The notes below the pieces were generated by a model that did not search any database, was not told where the DNA came from, and saw nothing but the letters and a program-made list of their open reading frames with translations. The position numbers and the translations under genes are program-made. From IMG/VR virus record IMGVR_UViG_3300045988_054439: a DNA stretch of 34,726 nt. The stretch is one strand, 5' to 3'. This DNA comes from a virus. Every line of letters starts with the position of its first letter. Positions within the stretch are counted from its first letter, which is position 1. Below, piece after piece: positions 7,772 through 15,523 of the stretch.

Positions 7772-8101
7772 TTACTCCTTTAACTTCCTCGGCGGGTCAG
7801 GCAGCTCTCGCCAATGAGTGATGCGCGGGCGGAGTGTCGGTAAAACATTCCACTCACTTCCTCTGCGAGACATCACGTAGCAACCGCTGTTCAAATCGTA
7901 AACGAGCACTTTTCTGTCTGTGTCCGGCAGCCTGTCCTTTACGCTGATCCAGCCGTCCTGGACGCCGTGATTGAAGAGTCGCATTTCGTCTTTCTTGAGC
8001 CATTTCTGCCACTTACCACAAGCAGAGCAGTAAAGTCCGGTCTGATTGCCGTGTTTCTCAGTGAAGAACTCCTTGCTGCCACATTTGCAAATCATATCCA
8101 T
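7772..8101 (-). CDS. DUF551-like protein with an N-terminal zinc ribbon
   Basis: CKCGS...CSACGK ribbon. The C-terminal WISVKDRLPDTDRKVLV...HWRELPDPP matches the DUF551 pattern. Start at MDMICK (SD GAGGT). Confidence 0.65.
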   Translation of the reverse strand: MDMICKCGSKEFFTEKHGNQTGLYCSACGKWQKWLKKDEMRLFNHGVQDGWISVKDRLPDTDRKVLVYDLNSGCYVMSRRGSEWNVLPTLRPRITHWRELPDPPRKLKE

Positions 8102-8103
8102 AT

Positions 8104-8331
8104 TTATACCTCGCGACATGTTATGATATATTTGCCGATTTCTACCGACAGTTTTGCGGCGATGACACGAGCGTGTTCATACTGGGCTTTCACACCAGGT
8201 TTATAAGTGCCTTTCCATTCCTCGCCCGAGTGCTTTATGGCTTCCTGGATATTGCTGTCGTTGTCCATAAGAAGTTCGGTTTGGTACAGGTTTAATAACC
8301 GTACCAATTCCTGTTTTTCGGGTATCATCAT
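8104..8331 (-). CDS. Hypothetical protein
   Basis: 75-aa ORF in an operon of coupled small genes. Confidence 0.5.
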   Translation of the reverse strand: MMIPEKQELVRLLNLYQTELLMDNDSNIQEAIKHSGEEWKGTYKPGVKAQYEHARVIAAKLSVEIGKYIITCREV

Positions 8332-8519
8332 TTTCTGTACCTCTTTTCTGCGGACTGAATCATCTCGTGGATTTCCTCGATGGACTCCGTAACCATGACA
8401 TGGTCATCGCAGCCATCAAAATAGACAGCGTTACTCCCATTTCCGCCAATTACAACAGCGACAAGGTTGATGTTTATAAGTACCCGTTCGAAATCAGGGC
8501 TTGTTAGACAAATGAACAT
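8328..8519 (-). CDS. Hypothetical protein
   Basis: 63-aa ORF with ATGA-type overlaps on both sides. Confidence 0.5.
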   Translation of the reverse strand: MFICLTSPDFERVLININLVAVVIGGNGSNAVYFDGCDDHVMVTESIEEIHEMIQSAEKRYRK

Positions 8520-8521
8520 TG

Positions 8522-8698
8522 TTATACCTCCTCAAAAATGTCGAGAGAAACGGTGATTTCGTCCGTCTCGGTATCGTCTACGGCAACATAACCAATGCCT
8601 TCGCATACGCCACACAACTGGTCGCAATCCAAATCTTCCCCCATTGCTTCGATGAAACTGTCGCGGTCGATTTCGACCACTTTGAAATATCGTGCCAT
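8522..8698 (-). CDS. Hypothetical acidic 58-aa protein
   Basis: Strong SD GAAAGGAGAA before ATG 8698. Not in the ORF track because it is under 60 aa. Confidence 0.5.
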   Translation of the reverse strand: MARYFKVVEIDRDSFIEAMGEDLDCDQLCGVCEGIGYVAVDDTETDEITVSLDIFEEV

Positions 8699-8751
8699 TA
8701 TTTCTCCTTTCCGTTATCGCAACCGCACTACCATTCTGTACTGCCTTTCGC

Positions 8752-9036
8752 TCATCCTCTTGTCACGAGTCCGTCAGCGTCTTTCCACATCAGCCGCTGG
8801 CCACAATGCGGGCAAAACTCTGTGCGCTCGACTGTTTGAAAACAAGTGGGGCAAGAATTTACATTCACTTCTTCGTGGTGGCCGTTTGTCGTGAACACTG
8901 GGACAGTGAATTCTAAGACCCTCTCGGGTTTTTGCTTTTTTACGATTTCTATTGCGCAATCGATCGCCTCGGCGGTATCTGCGCTCGTTCTTTTTCTAAA
9001 ATCTTTCAAAAAATAAATGATTTTTTCAATGTCCAT
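8752..9036 (-). CDS. Hypothetical zinc-ribbon protein
   Basis: 94 aa with CPTC...CPHC pairs. Confidence 0.5.
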   Translation of the reverse strand: MDIEKIIYFLKDFRKRTSADTAEAIDCAIEIVKKQKPERVLEFTVPVFTTNGHHEEVNVNSCPTCFQTVERTEFCPHCGQRLMWKDADGLVTRG

Positions 9037-9038
9037 AG

Positions 9039-9557
9039 TTATGCCTCCTTAAAATATTCTGTGATTTTTTCCTTTGCTTCTCTGTATAGAACATCTTTAA
9101 TCAACTTCGGCGCCGTCCTGGCGGTGCAAAAAAGAACGACACAGTTATACCGAGCCATCCAAGCCGTTAGGCTTGCCACCAAACACTGCGGCAGAACCTT
9201 GGATCGGTAACGGCCAGCGTATGCCGACTCCCAGCTTTCACCTTCGATCAGCAGATAGACTTTGAAGCCTGCCGCCATTGCTCGCTCAAACTCACGAACG
9301 AACCGATCTCGGTGCTGAAAGAAATTACCGCAGATTTCTGTCAATGACATTTTGCGTTCTACCACGGCGGGGCAAATCCACTTGCCAAATCCAGGTATGT
9401 CAAATTCTGCGCCATAGTCGCCAAAGTCCAGCTTATCCTGTCGGTACGGAACGCCAAACGTTTCCCACCTCTTGACGGCTTCTGCTGTGCGGTGCTCTCG
9501 TGTGTCAACAACGATCTGCATTGTGTCCAGCACCGCCTCAATTTCCGTCTGCCGCAT
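9039..9557 (-). CDS. ERCC4-type (Mus81/Hef-like) structure-specific nuclease
   Basis: VVDTREH ... GDY ... VVERKMSLTEI (GDxn-ERK motif). Confidence 0.7.
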   Translation of the reverse strand: MRQTEIEAVLDTMQIVVDTREHRTAEAVKRWETFGVPYRQDKLDFGDYGAEFDIPGFGKWICPAVVERKMSLTEICGNFFQHRDRFVREFERAMAAGFKVYLLIEGESWESAYAGRYRSKVLPQCLVASLTAWMARYNCVVLFCTARTAPKLIKDVLYREAKEKITEYFKEA

Positions 9558-10135
9558 TAGAACGGCAGGTCGTCATCGTCTCCATCGTCGATGACCTCAA
9601 AATCGGAGTTGCTGTCAACGGCAGCCGGTTTTTGACTTGCAGGCAGCGGCTTTGCCTTTGGCGTCTTGAATTTGCCGTCTTGAATATCCTGCACTGACAG
9701 AATGGAGCACGCCTCTGTAGTCCAGCCAGTGTTGCCATTGTACGCCCATTCTCTTTCACGGAACAGAACACCCACACGCTTGCCTTTGAGTGCCGTTTCG
9801 TCCCAGTCCCAATGGTAGCCGTCGTTGCTTTCCTCCAAGCAAGCAATCAAGTTGCCGAACCGTTTCAGCTGGCTTTCGTACCACTGGTTGGACTTATCCG
9901 GAACCGTAACGCGGATGTTGCCCTTCCATTTTTTATCCTCGAAAGGTGAGTTTTTGAATTGCTGGCGGAAAAAGTCTTTATACTCGCCCTCGTCAATGTC
10001 AAAAGAAATAACCAGCACCTCGCCCCAATCGTATGCCTTGATAAGTGCGTTTACAATTTTCGCCACATATCCACCAGCGGGCAGCGGATCGGACGCCATA
10101 CCTGTTTTTTTTGCTTCAAAATCAAACTTTTTCAT
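9557..10135 (-). CDS. DUF669 / T7 gp2.5-like single-stranded DNA-binding protein
   Basis: N-terminus MKKFDFEAKKT...LPAGGYVAKI is typical of DUF669. The acidic C-terminal tail ends DDGDDDDLPF, resembling an SSB tip. Confidence 0.7.
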   Translation of the reverse strand: MKKFDFEAKKTGMASDPLPAGGYVAKIVNALIKAYDWGEVLVISFDIDEGEYKDFFRQQFKNSPFEDKKWKGNIRVTVPDKSNQWYESQLKRFGNLIACLEESNDGYHWDWDETALKGKRVGVLFREREWAYNGNTGWTTEACSILSVQDIQDGKFKTPKAKPLPASQKPAAVDSNSDFEVIDDGDDDDLPF

Positions 10136-10368
10136 TTTTCAAACTCCTTTTGTTCTTCAAATTTTAGCGGGCAATCATACCCGATATAGCGCTCCGGAAA
10201 CTGTACCGGACGCTGATTAAGCTGGCAGTAACGCTTACTACTTGACAGGTACGGACACTGTACACAGCACACAAAGCTGCGCCCTTGCCAGTCTACTGGA
10301 AAGTGTACCACGACGGTTGCTGTTCCGTCAATAAACGATTTAACGCCGTTCAGCGTGTCACTGCTCAT
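10132..10368 (-). CDS. Hypothetical Cys-rich protein
   Basis: Start taken at MSSDTLNG, overlapping the upstream stop. Contains the motif CCVQCPY...YC. Confidence 0.45.
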   Translation of the reverse strand: MSSDTLNGVKSFIDGTATVVVHFPVDWQGRSFVCCVQCPYLSSSKRYCQLNQRPVQFPERYIGYDCPLKFEEQKEFEK

Positions 10369-10984
10369 CTGTTTCACCGCCGATGTCGTAATACTCGCGG
10401 ATAACGCTGTCAACCGCCTTTAGATCGTTGTCGATCAAGTCTTGGTCAAACATCCCCAGCGGGCTCTTGACTGTGTCCTGTCCGTTGTTGTGCGTTTGGA
10501 AACAATACCGGCCGTCCTGCACAACTGTCTTTAGAACGATTGTAAACCGCCCCTCCAGCGTGACATAGTTGTCCAGCATTTTCCCAATGGTCTTGAAGTG
10601 TTCTCGGCCGTCGTCCATTTGGTCGCTGTGCCCCAAGAAGTAGACGATTTTGTCGTCCGGCAGCTTGGCGGCAAATTCAACCAGGTGATTGAACGAAAGA
10701 GCCATATCGGTGAATTTTTGATAACCGGTCACCTTGGCATTGCGCATAAACTCGTTTACCATAAGGTAGGTGGCGTCGTCGATCACAATGGACTGCTGCG
10801 GCGCTGCTGCAATAGCCTTTTCGATCTTGGCATAGTTGTCGCTATTGTATGTTTTCAGCTTGTTTTTGAACGGCAGCGGCTTTCCGCTCACATTTACGAT
10901 TGCAACATCGTCCGTGGCGAAGTTGCGCAAACTGGTGGACTTGCCTGTGCCGCTTTGGCCATAGACCATTACAATAATTGCCAT
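10358..10984 (-). CDS. Sak4-like RecA-fold ATPase (AAA_24 type)
   Basis: Walker A YGQSGTGKST at the N-terminus and Walker B SIVIDDAT. Adjacent to the SSB, as in Sak4-SSB recombination modules. Confidence 0.7.
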   Translation of the reverse strand: MAIIVMVYGQSGTGKSTSLRNFATDDVAIVNVSGKPLPFKNKLKTYNSDNYAKIEKAIAAAPQQSIVIDDATYLMVNEFMRNAKVTGYQKFTDMALSFNHLVEFAAKLPDDKIVYFLGHSDQMDDGREHFKTIGKMLDNYVTLEGRFTIVLKTVVQDGRYCFQTHNNGQDTVKSPLGMFDQDLIDNDLKAVDSVIREYYDIGGETDEQ

Positions 10985-10987
10985 TTT

Positions 10988-11146
10988 TTACTCTCCTTTC
11001 TCTTTGCCCGCTTCTGCGAGCAGAACCATACGAACATAAGCCGACATCGTCAGCCCACGCAGGTCAGCAGCCTGCCGAATTTGTTCTTTTTCGCCGTCTG
11101 TCATTTTGACCAGTAGCAAGTTGTCCCTGGTTGTCGTGTTGTTCAT
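10988..11146 (-). CDS. Ribbon-helix-helix (CopG/MobC-like) DNA-binding protein, 52 aa
   Basis: LLVKMTDGEKEQIRQAADLRGLTMSAYVRMVLL fits a beta-strand, helix, helix pattern. ATGA overlap with the upstream gene. Below the ORF-track cutoff. Confidence 0.55.
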   Translation of the reverse strand: MNNTTTRDNLLLVKMTDGEKEQIRQAADLRGLTMSAYVRMVLLAEAGKEKGE

Positions 11147-11553
11147 CTCTCACCCTCCTTTCTGTCATTTTCAATGAAGCGCTCGCAGAACCAGTCCTCG
11201 TCCGCTTCTATCACCGGCGAAAGGTCAACCGTGCCAGCCTCAACGGCCTTTCGGATTTCTCTCTCGCAGATTTCCTCGATTTCGTCCGGGTCTAACATCG
11301 AAACAACCAACGCAGATAGCTGAACGCTTTCCTTTTCGTCGCCGACTACCGCTTTGACAGTGTCAAACTGCCAAGCAGTCTCGCTCAAGCAGTCGGAGCA
11401 AACGCCGTGCGGCATATCTTCCAGGTAGTGTTCTTTGCCGCAAATTGGGCAAACAATCTTGTCATCGTCCATAGCTTCAGCACAGCTATCGCATACGCCG
11501 CCGCTGATTTCCCAGCCATCGAAAGTCCGACCACAAATCGTACATCTGTTCAT
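11143..11553 (-). CDS. Hypothetical double zinc-ribbon protein
   Basis: Start at MNRCTICG (SD AAAGGAGAG). Three CxxC pairs. Confidence 0.55.
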   Translation of the reverse strand: MNRCTICGRTFDGWEISGGVCDSCAEAMDDDKIVCPICGKEHYLEDMPHGVCSDCLSETAWQFDTVKAVVGDEKESVQLSALVVSMLDPDEIEEICEREIRKAVEAGTVDLSPVIEADEDWFCERFIENDRKEGER

Positions 11554-11608
11554 TTTCTGCTCTCCTTTTCTGCCGGTCTTTACACCATCCCGGCGTTGGC
11601 TTATCTTC

Positions 11609-11902
11609 TCATATTCCGTCCCAGAGTCCGCCGCCTTTGTCATTGACTAGCAACACCCGGCAGCATTTGTTTACCAGCTTGTCGGCGATCTCAACCACGC
11701 CGTCGGCTGTGCAGCTGTTTTTTTTTATTGCTTTGGCAATATACGCCAACGCTCCGGTGTTGAAACCATCACGGTTTAGCAATCCAACTATTTTGCAAAG
11801 GTTGTCAATCTGCTCACTGTTACAATCCGTCAGCCAGCTGTTGTCGGCTATTTCTTTTTTCAAAAGATCAACCATTAAAATCCGGTGTTCTTTTAGTGCC
11901 AT
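11609..11902 (-). CDS. Hypothetical protein
   Basis: 97-aa ORF with SD GGAGGA upstream. Confidence 0.5.
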   Translation of the reverse strand: MALKEHRILMVDLLKKEIADNSWLTDCNSEQIDNLCKIVGLLNRDGFNTGALAYIAKAIKKNSCTADGVVEIADKLVNKCCRVLLVNDKGGGLWDGI

Positions 11903-11921
11903 TTTGTCGTCCTCCTTTCAA

Positions 11922-12296
11922 TTAGGCAATGTACTGCAAGCCGGCAGCCTCAACCTTGGCCAGGATCGTGGCCTTGCGCATACCTTTGCGAACGCCCTTG
12001 ACGCCGTTGTCCTTGGCGAAAGTCAGCAATTTTTCATAAGCTTCGCAACCAGCCTGGAAGCGGTCAACCTGTGCCTGCTCATCTGCCTTGTACTCTTCTT
12101 CGGTCATCGTGCAAGACTTCGGACACCACATAGCCTTGGTGGTTTCAAACTCGCCGTCATAAGTCGTTGCGATCATCTCGAGTTTGTAAGCCTTGGCTGT
12201 TTCGTCAATCACCTGCACAGCGGTGTGAACCAAATATACGCCGCAAGCCTCATCCTGCATTTTATTGAAAAACCAGTCTTTAACCATTACCTTCAT
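11922..12296 (-). CDS. Hypothetical protein; first gene of early operon 2
   Basis: 124 aa with SD GAAAGGAGAA, directly downstream of promoter 12348-12376. Confidence 0.55.
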   Translation of the reverse strand: MKVMVKDWFFNKMQDEACGVYLVHTAVQVIDETAKAYKLEMIATTYDGEFETTKAMWCPKSCTMTEEEYKADEQAQVDRFQAGCEAYEKLLTFAKDNGVKGVRKGMRKATILAKVEAAGLQYIA

Positions 12297-12347
12297 TTTA
12301 TTTTCTCCTTTCGTCGGGGGTCTTTATCTCTCCCCCTTACATTTACT

Positions 12348-12376
12348 ATTCTACACCATCCAGGCCGAAAAGTCAA
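12348..12376 (-). promoter_or_regulatory. Sigma-70/SigA-type early promoter
   Basis: Minus strand TTGACT (12376-12371), a 17-nt spacer, then TAGAAT (12353-12348). Phased T/A tracts lie upstream (12377-12415). Confidence 0.7.
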
Positions 12377-12442
12377 TACCTTTTTTATATTTTTTTTATA
12401 TTTCTTTTATACAATCGGTATAAAACTTGCGTGATATGCTCG

Positions 12443-12471
12443 TGGAAATACAAACTGTAAAATTCTAAAAT
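12443..12471 (+). promoter_or_regulatory. Candidate promoter of the plus-strand cassette
   Basis: TGGAAA, a 17-nt spacer, then TAAAAT, about 25 nt before the SD GGAGGG and ATG 12498. Confidence 0.4.
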
Positions 12472-12497
12472 AGAGATAGAAACGGAGGGAACAGTCA

Positions 12498-12905
12498 ATG
12501 TATAACACATTCAACGGCTATATGCAGGGCGTGCAGCCCTATGGGAACCCATACGCTGACAGGCTGGCAGCAATGCAGCAGAACCAAGCAATGCAACAGC
12601 GTTGTGATGTAGTCACTGTCAATGGCGAGAACGGAGCGCAGGCATACCCGCTGGCACCTAACAGCAGCGCCTTACTGCTGGACGAAAGTCAGCCGCTTGT
12701 GTGGCTTGTCAAGACCGACGGCGCAGGATATAAGACGGTGTCTGCGTTCAACATCACTCCACACGAACAGACGCAACAGCCGACCAACGCAGACCTTGAA
12801 CAGCGCATAGCAAGACTGGAGGAGATCATCAATGCGCAACCCGATACTGGACGCAATGCAAAAACAAAGCAGCGGGCAGCAGCCGCAGAACCTGCCGGCA
12901 AATAA
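12498..12905 (+). CDS. Hypothetical Gln-rich protein (cassette P1)
   Basis: 135 aa with SD GGAGGG. The Q/N-rich N-terminus is followed by a beta-rich core. The 3' 74 nt overlap P2 in another frame. Confidence 0.55.
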   Translation: MYNTFNGYMQGVQPYGNPYADRLAAMQQNQAMQQRCDVVTVNGENGAQAYPLAPNSSALLLDESQPLVWLVKTDGAGYKTVSAFNITPHEQTQQPTNADLEQRIARLEEIINAQPDTGRNAKTKQRAAAAEPAGK

Positions 12906-13068
12906 CGGCGGGAATTTCTTGCAGCAGCTGGCGGAATTCCGTAAAGCCCTTGGCGGGAAAGACCCGCAAGCGATCGTACAGAATTTGCTAAACACCGGGC
13001 AGATGAGCCAACAGCAGTTTCAGCAGTTGAAAGCCCAAGCCGAGCAAATCCAATCAATGTTAAAATGA
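12832..13068 (+). CDS. Hypothetical Gln-rich helical protein (cassette P2)
   Basis: 78 aa with strong SD GGAGGAG 7 nt before the ATG. Confidence 0.55.
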   Translation: MRNPILDAMQKQSSGQQPQNLPANNGGNFLQQLAEFRKALGGKDPQAIVQNLLNTGQMSQQQFQQLKAQAEQIQSMLK

Positions 13069-13119
13069 GGCGGTGCACAGCCCATTTTATAAAAATCTAA
13101 CGAAAGGACAAAAAGCGAA

Positions 13120-13695
13120 ATGGATAACTATTCACTTTCCGACCTGCGGGCAGCCGTAGGTGATGACAACGGCGCATTTGGCGGCAACGGCGCTTGGTGG
13201 GTGATCCTGCTCTTCCTGTTTTGGGGCTTCAATGGCAACGGCTGGAACCGCCAGGGCGAGTTTGGCCAGTACGCAACCGCTGCCAGCCAGCAGGAAATCC
13301 TGTTCGGCCAGCAGTTCGGCCAGCTGAACGACCGGCTGAACACTATCGGCAATGGTATCTGTGACAGCACCTTTGCTTTGAACAACAGCATTTTGACCGA
13401 GGGTCGAGCAATCCAAGGCCAGCTGGCAGACTGCTGCTGCAAGAACCAGCTTGCGACGGCCAATCTGTCTGCGCAGATGAACCAGAACGCTTGCGACATC
13501 ACAACGGCGATTCACGCAGAGGGCGAAGCCACCCGGCAGCTGATTCAGAAGAACGAGATCCAGGCACTGCGGGACAAGGTGACAAGCCTTGAAATGGACA
13601 GCCGTTTCTGCGGCGTCGTTCGCTATCCGATGAGTTACGCATACAATGCGGGCCCGTCTCCGTTCTGCGGCTGTAACAGCTGCTGCAACATCTAA
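13120..13695 (+). CDS. Membrane-anchored Cys-rich protein (cassette P3)
   Basis: A Gly/Trp-rich transmembrane (TM) segment (NGAWWVILLFLFWGFNGNGW), Q/N-rich helical repeats, a CCC triplet, and C-terminal FCGCNSCCNI. Confidence 0.6.
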   Translation: MDNYSLSDLRAAVGDDNGAFGGNGAWWVILLFLFWGFNGNGWNRQGEFGQYATAASQQEILFGQQFGQLNDRLNTIGNGICDSTFALNNSILTEGRAIQGQLADCCCKNQLATANLSAQMNQNACDITTAIHAEGEATRQLIQKNEIQALRDKVTSLEMDSRFCGVVRYPMSYAYNAGPSPFCGCNSCCNI

Positions 13696-13780
13696 ACACA
13701 CGCCACCACGGCGAGGATTTCAACCGGCGGGGGCGGCAACAGCTGCTCCCGCTAATCTTTTACGAAAGGAAAAACTAAAA

Positions 13781-14182
13781 ATGTCAAAATCTGCAATTTA
13801 TACCACCAATACCACCGCACCCACCATCACGGCAGGCAATGTCATCCCGGTAGGCGTGACAAGCCGCCGGTTCGGCTGCAATATCCGCCAGGACGGCAAT
13901 ACAATCACGCTTTGCGGAAGCGGATATTACAAAGTGACAGCCGTGGCCACCGTTACGCCTCCTGCTGCTGGCACTGTTTCTTTGACAGCCCAAAAGGACG
14001 GCGTTGCCGTGATCGGCGCAACATCCAGTGCCACCACAGCCGCCGTAAATGAAACCGTTACGCTGACAGTGAGCGCCATTCTCCGCAATGCCTGCGGCTG
14101 CGACAGTTCGATCCTGTCCTTTGTGCTGGGCGGCGCAACTGCCGTTGTCAACAACCTGTCCGTGACGGTCGAGAAACTGTAA
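13781..14182 (+). CDS. BclA C-terminal-domain / C1q-like beta-jellyroll protein (cassette P4), without collagen repeats
   Basis: Start at MSKSAIY (SD AAAGGA). The pattern GYYKVTAVATV...LTAQKDGVAVIG...LSVTVEKL parallels the BclA CTD, recognised from memory. Confidence 0.45.
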   Translation: MSKSAIYTTNTTAPTITAGNVIPVGVTSRRFGCNIRQDGNTITLCGSGYYKVTAVATVTPPAAGTVSLTAQKDGVAVIGATSSATTAAVNETVTLTVSAILRNACGCDSSILSFVLGGATAVVNNLSVTVEKL

Positions 14183-14194
14183 AGGCGGCCGACT

Positions 14195-14755
14195 ATGACT
14201 TCAAGCGAAATTTTTGGGCGCATAAATGCCCACCAAATCGAGGGAATAATGCTGCATAGCCAGCTGGCTGAATATTTCGGCTTTTTGAATTTGTGTGGCT
14301 ATCAACGCCAGCAAGAATGCCAGGCAATGTCCGAATTTTACGAACACCAAAAAACTGCCCTGTATTTTGTCTCACGCTTTAACCATTTGCTGCCGGAAAC
14401 GGCCGCCAAAGACCCGGAGATCATTCCGGACGCTTGGCGCGGCTACACCCGCCAACAGGTTGACGCCGGAACAAAACGCAAGGCTGTCCGTGACGCATTT
14501 TTGCGGTGGAAATCCTGGGAAACCGAAACCAAGAAGCTGTACGAACAGGCATACGCAGACCTGCACGAACTTGGCGAGATTGCAGCAGCTTGCGAAGTCA
14601 AAAAACTTGTTGAGTCGGTAGCTTGCGAGTTGGAGCGTGTCGAAAGTCAGCGCATAACCTTGGAGTGCTTGGACTATGACCTTGCGGCGATCTGCTCCGA
14701 GCAAGACAGATTGCTCGCAAGATATTCTCTGAATTACGGAGTTGTGACAGCCTAA
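14195..14755 (+). CDS. Ferritin-like four-helix-bundle protein (cassette P5), tentative
   Basis: QIEG...ECQAMSEFYEHQK (E...ExxH) and WETE...ELERVE resemble di-iron ligand spacing. 186 aa. Confidence 0.35.
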   Translation: MTSSEIFGRINAHQIEGIMLHSQLAEYFGFLNLCGYQRQQECQAMSEFYEHQKTALYFVSRFNHLLPETAAKDPEIIPDAWRGYTRQQVDAGTKRKAVRDAFLRWKSWETETKKLYEQAYADLHELGEIAAACEVKKLVESVACELERVESQRITLECLDYDLAAICSEQDRLLARYSLNYGVVTA

Positions 14756-14760
14756 AAGAA

Positions 14761-14787
14761 AAGGGCGGAGCCTTTCGCTCTGCCCTT
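14761..14787. terminator. Bidirectional intrinsic terminator between convergent units
   Basis: AAGGGCGGAGC-CTTTC-GCTCTGCCCTT forms an 11-bp stem with one G-U pair. A/T runs lie on both sides. Confidence 0.75.
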
Positions 14788-14791
14788 ATTC

Positions 14792-14926
14792 TCAATATTC
14801 CCGCTGCACATTGACCAGCTTGCCGTGCTTGGCTTCTGCGTGTTGTAATTCGACTTTATCGAACCCAGCGCACCAGCAACGGTACCCGTCAGCGAAAGTG
14901 TACACGAACACAACCTCTTTGTTCAT
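14792..14926 (-). CDS. Hypothetical 44-aa protein; last gene of early operon 1
   Basis: Start at MNKEVV (SD GGGGGTGA). Confidence 0.4.
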   Translation of the reverse strand: MNKEVVFVYTFADGYRCWCAGFDKVELQHAEAKHGKLVNVQREY

Positions 14927-14957
14927 TTTATCACCCCCAATACGAAAGGAAAAAGCT

Positions 14958-15293
14958 ATGATTTCTTTGGATATACTCAATCAAGATATACTCGATTTGG
15001 AGCGCAACCACGACACGACTTGGGCGACGGTTGAACGCCTTGCCTGGCTATATATCGTCCGTGACCACCTTGCCGGCGGCGCCAGCAAGTCCACCAAGCC
15101 TGTGAGCACTGACGGCTCAAGCGACTTCTTGGCCGCCGCTGACGGCCTGGACACCTGCCAGGTGCTCGACCTTATGGACGAACTAATGGACACGCTCCAG
15201 GTGATCTCTCCAGCACTTTATCACTCCGCAATGCTCCGGCTGGACGCATTGGAGCCGTCCTCGTCCTTGCCGAGTGAGCAAGCGAGCAAATAG
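14958..15293 (+). CDS. Hypothetical 111-aa protein embedded antisense in early operon 1
   Basis: SD AAAGGA 8 nt before ATG 14958. The composition is protein-like (MISLDILNQDILDLERNHDTTWATVERLAWLYIVRDHL), whereas the minus-strand frames here are S/R-rich. Confidence 0.5.
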   Translation: MISLDILNQDILDLERNHDTTWATVERLAWLYIVRDHLAGGASKSTKPVSTDGSSDFLAAADGLDTCQVLDLMDELMDTLQVISPALYHSAMLRLDALEPSSSLPSEQASK

Positions 15294-15523
15294 GTCTGCT
15301 GAAAGTCTGTAATCCGGGCGACTGGCTGCTGCCGGTCGTCTTTTTTGCGCCCATCGTCCTCCCAGTCGTCTACGGCCAACATAACGCCCGCTAAGACGGT
15401 CAAGCCGCCAAGGCATATAACTGGTATGGGTAGCCACCAAAACTGCTCCGAAACCAAGCAGAAGCCCACACAGGCCACTACACAGCCAAGCCACCGCAGC
15501 ACGGCAGATATTGCATTCCTCAT
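15221..15523 (-). CDS. Small membrane protein (2 TM)
   Basis: ATGA coupling to the upstream gene. Two hydrophobic helices and an acidic/basic tail. Confidence 0.55.
   Translation of the reverse strand: MRNAISAVLRWLGCVVACVGFCLVSEQFWWLPIPVICLGGLTVLAGVMLAVDDWEDDGRKKDDRQQPVARITDFQQTYLLACSLGKDEDGSNASSRSIAE

Noticed and set aside
11637-12434. Long plus-strand ORFs opposite minus-strand genes: 11637-12434 (265 aa), 20140-20901 (253 aa), 24782-25420 (212 aa), 29056-29658 (200 aa), 33091-33705 (204 aa), and many shorter ones.
   Set aside because: They are shadow ORFs antisense to well-supported genes. They lack SD sequences, have Ser/Arg/Cys/Leu-rich low-complexity translations, and fit no operon logic.
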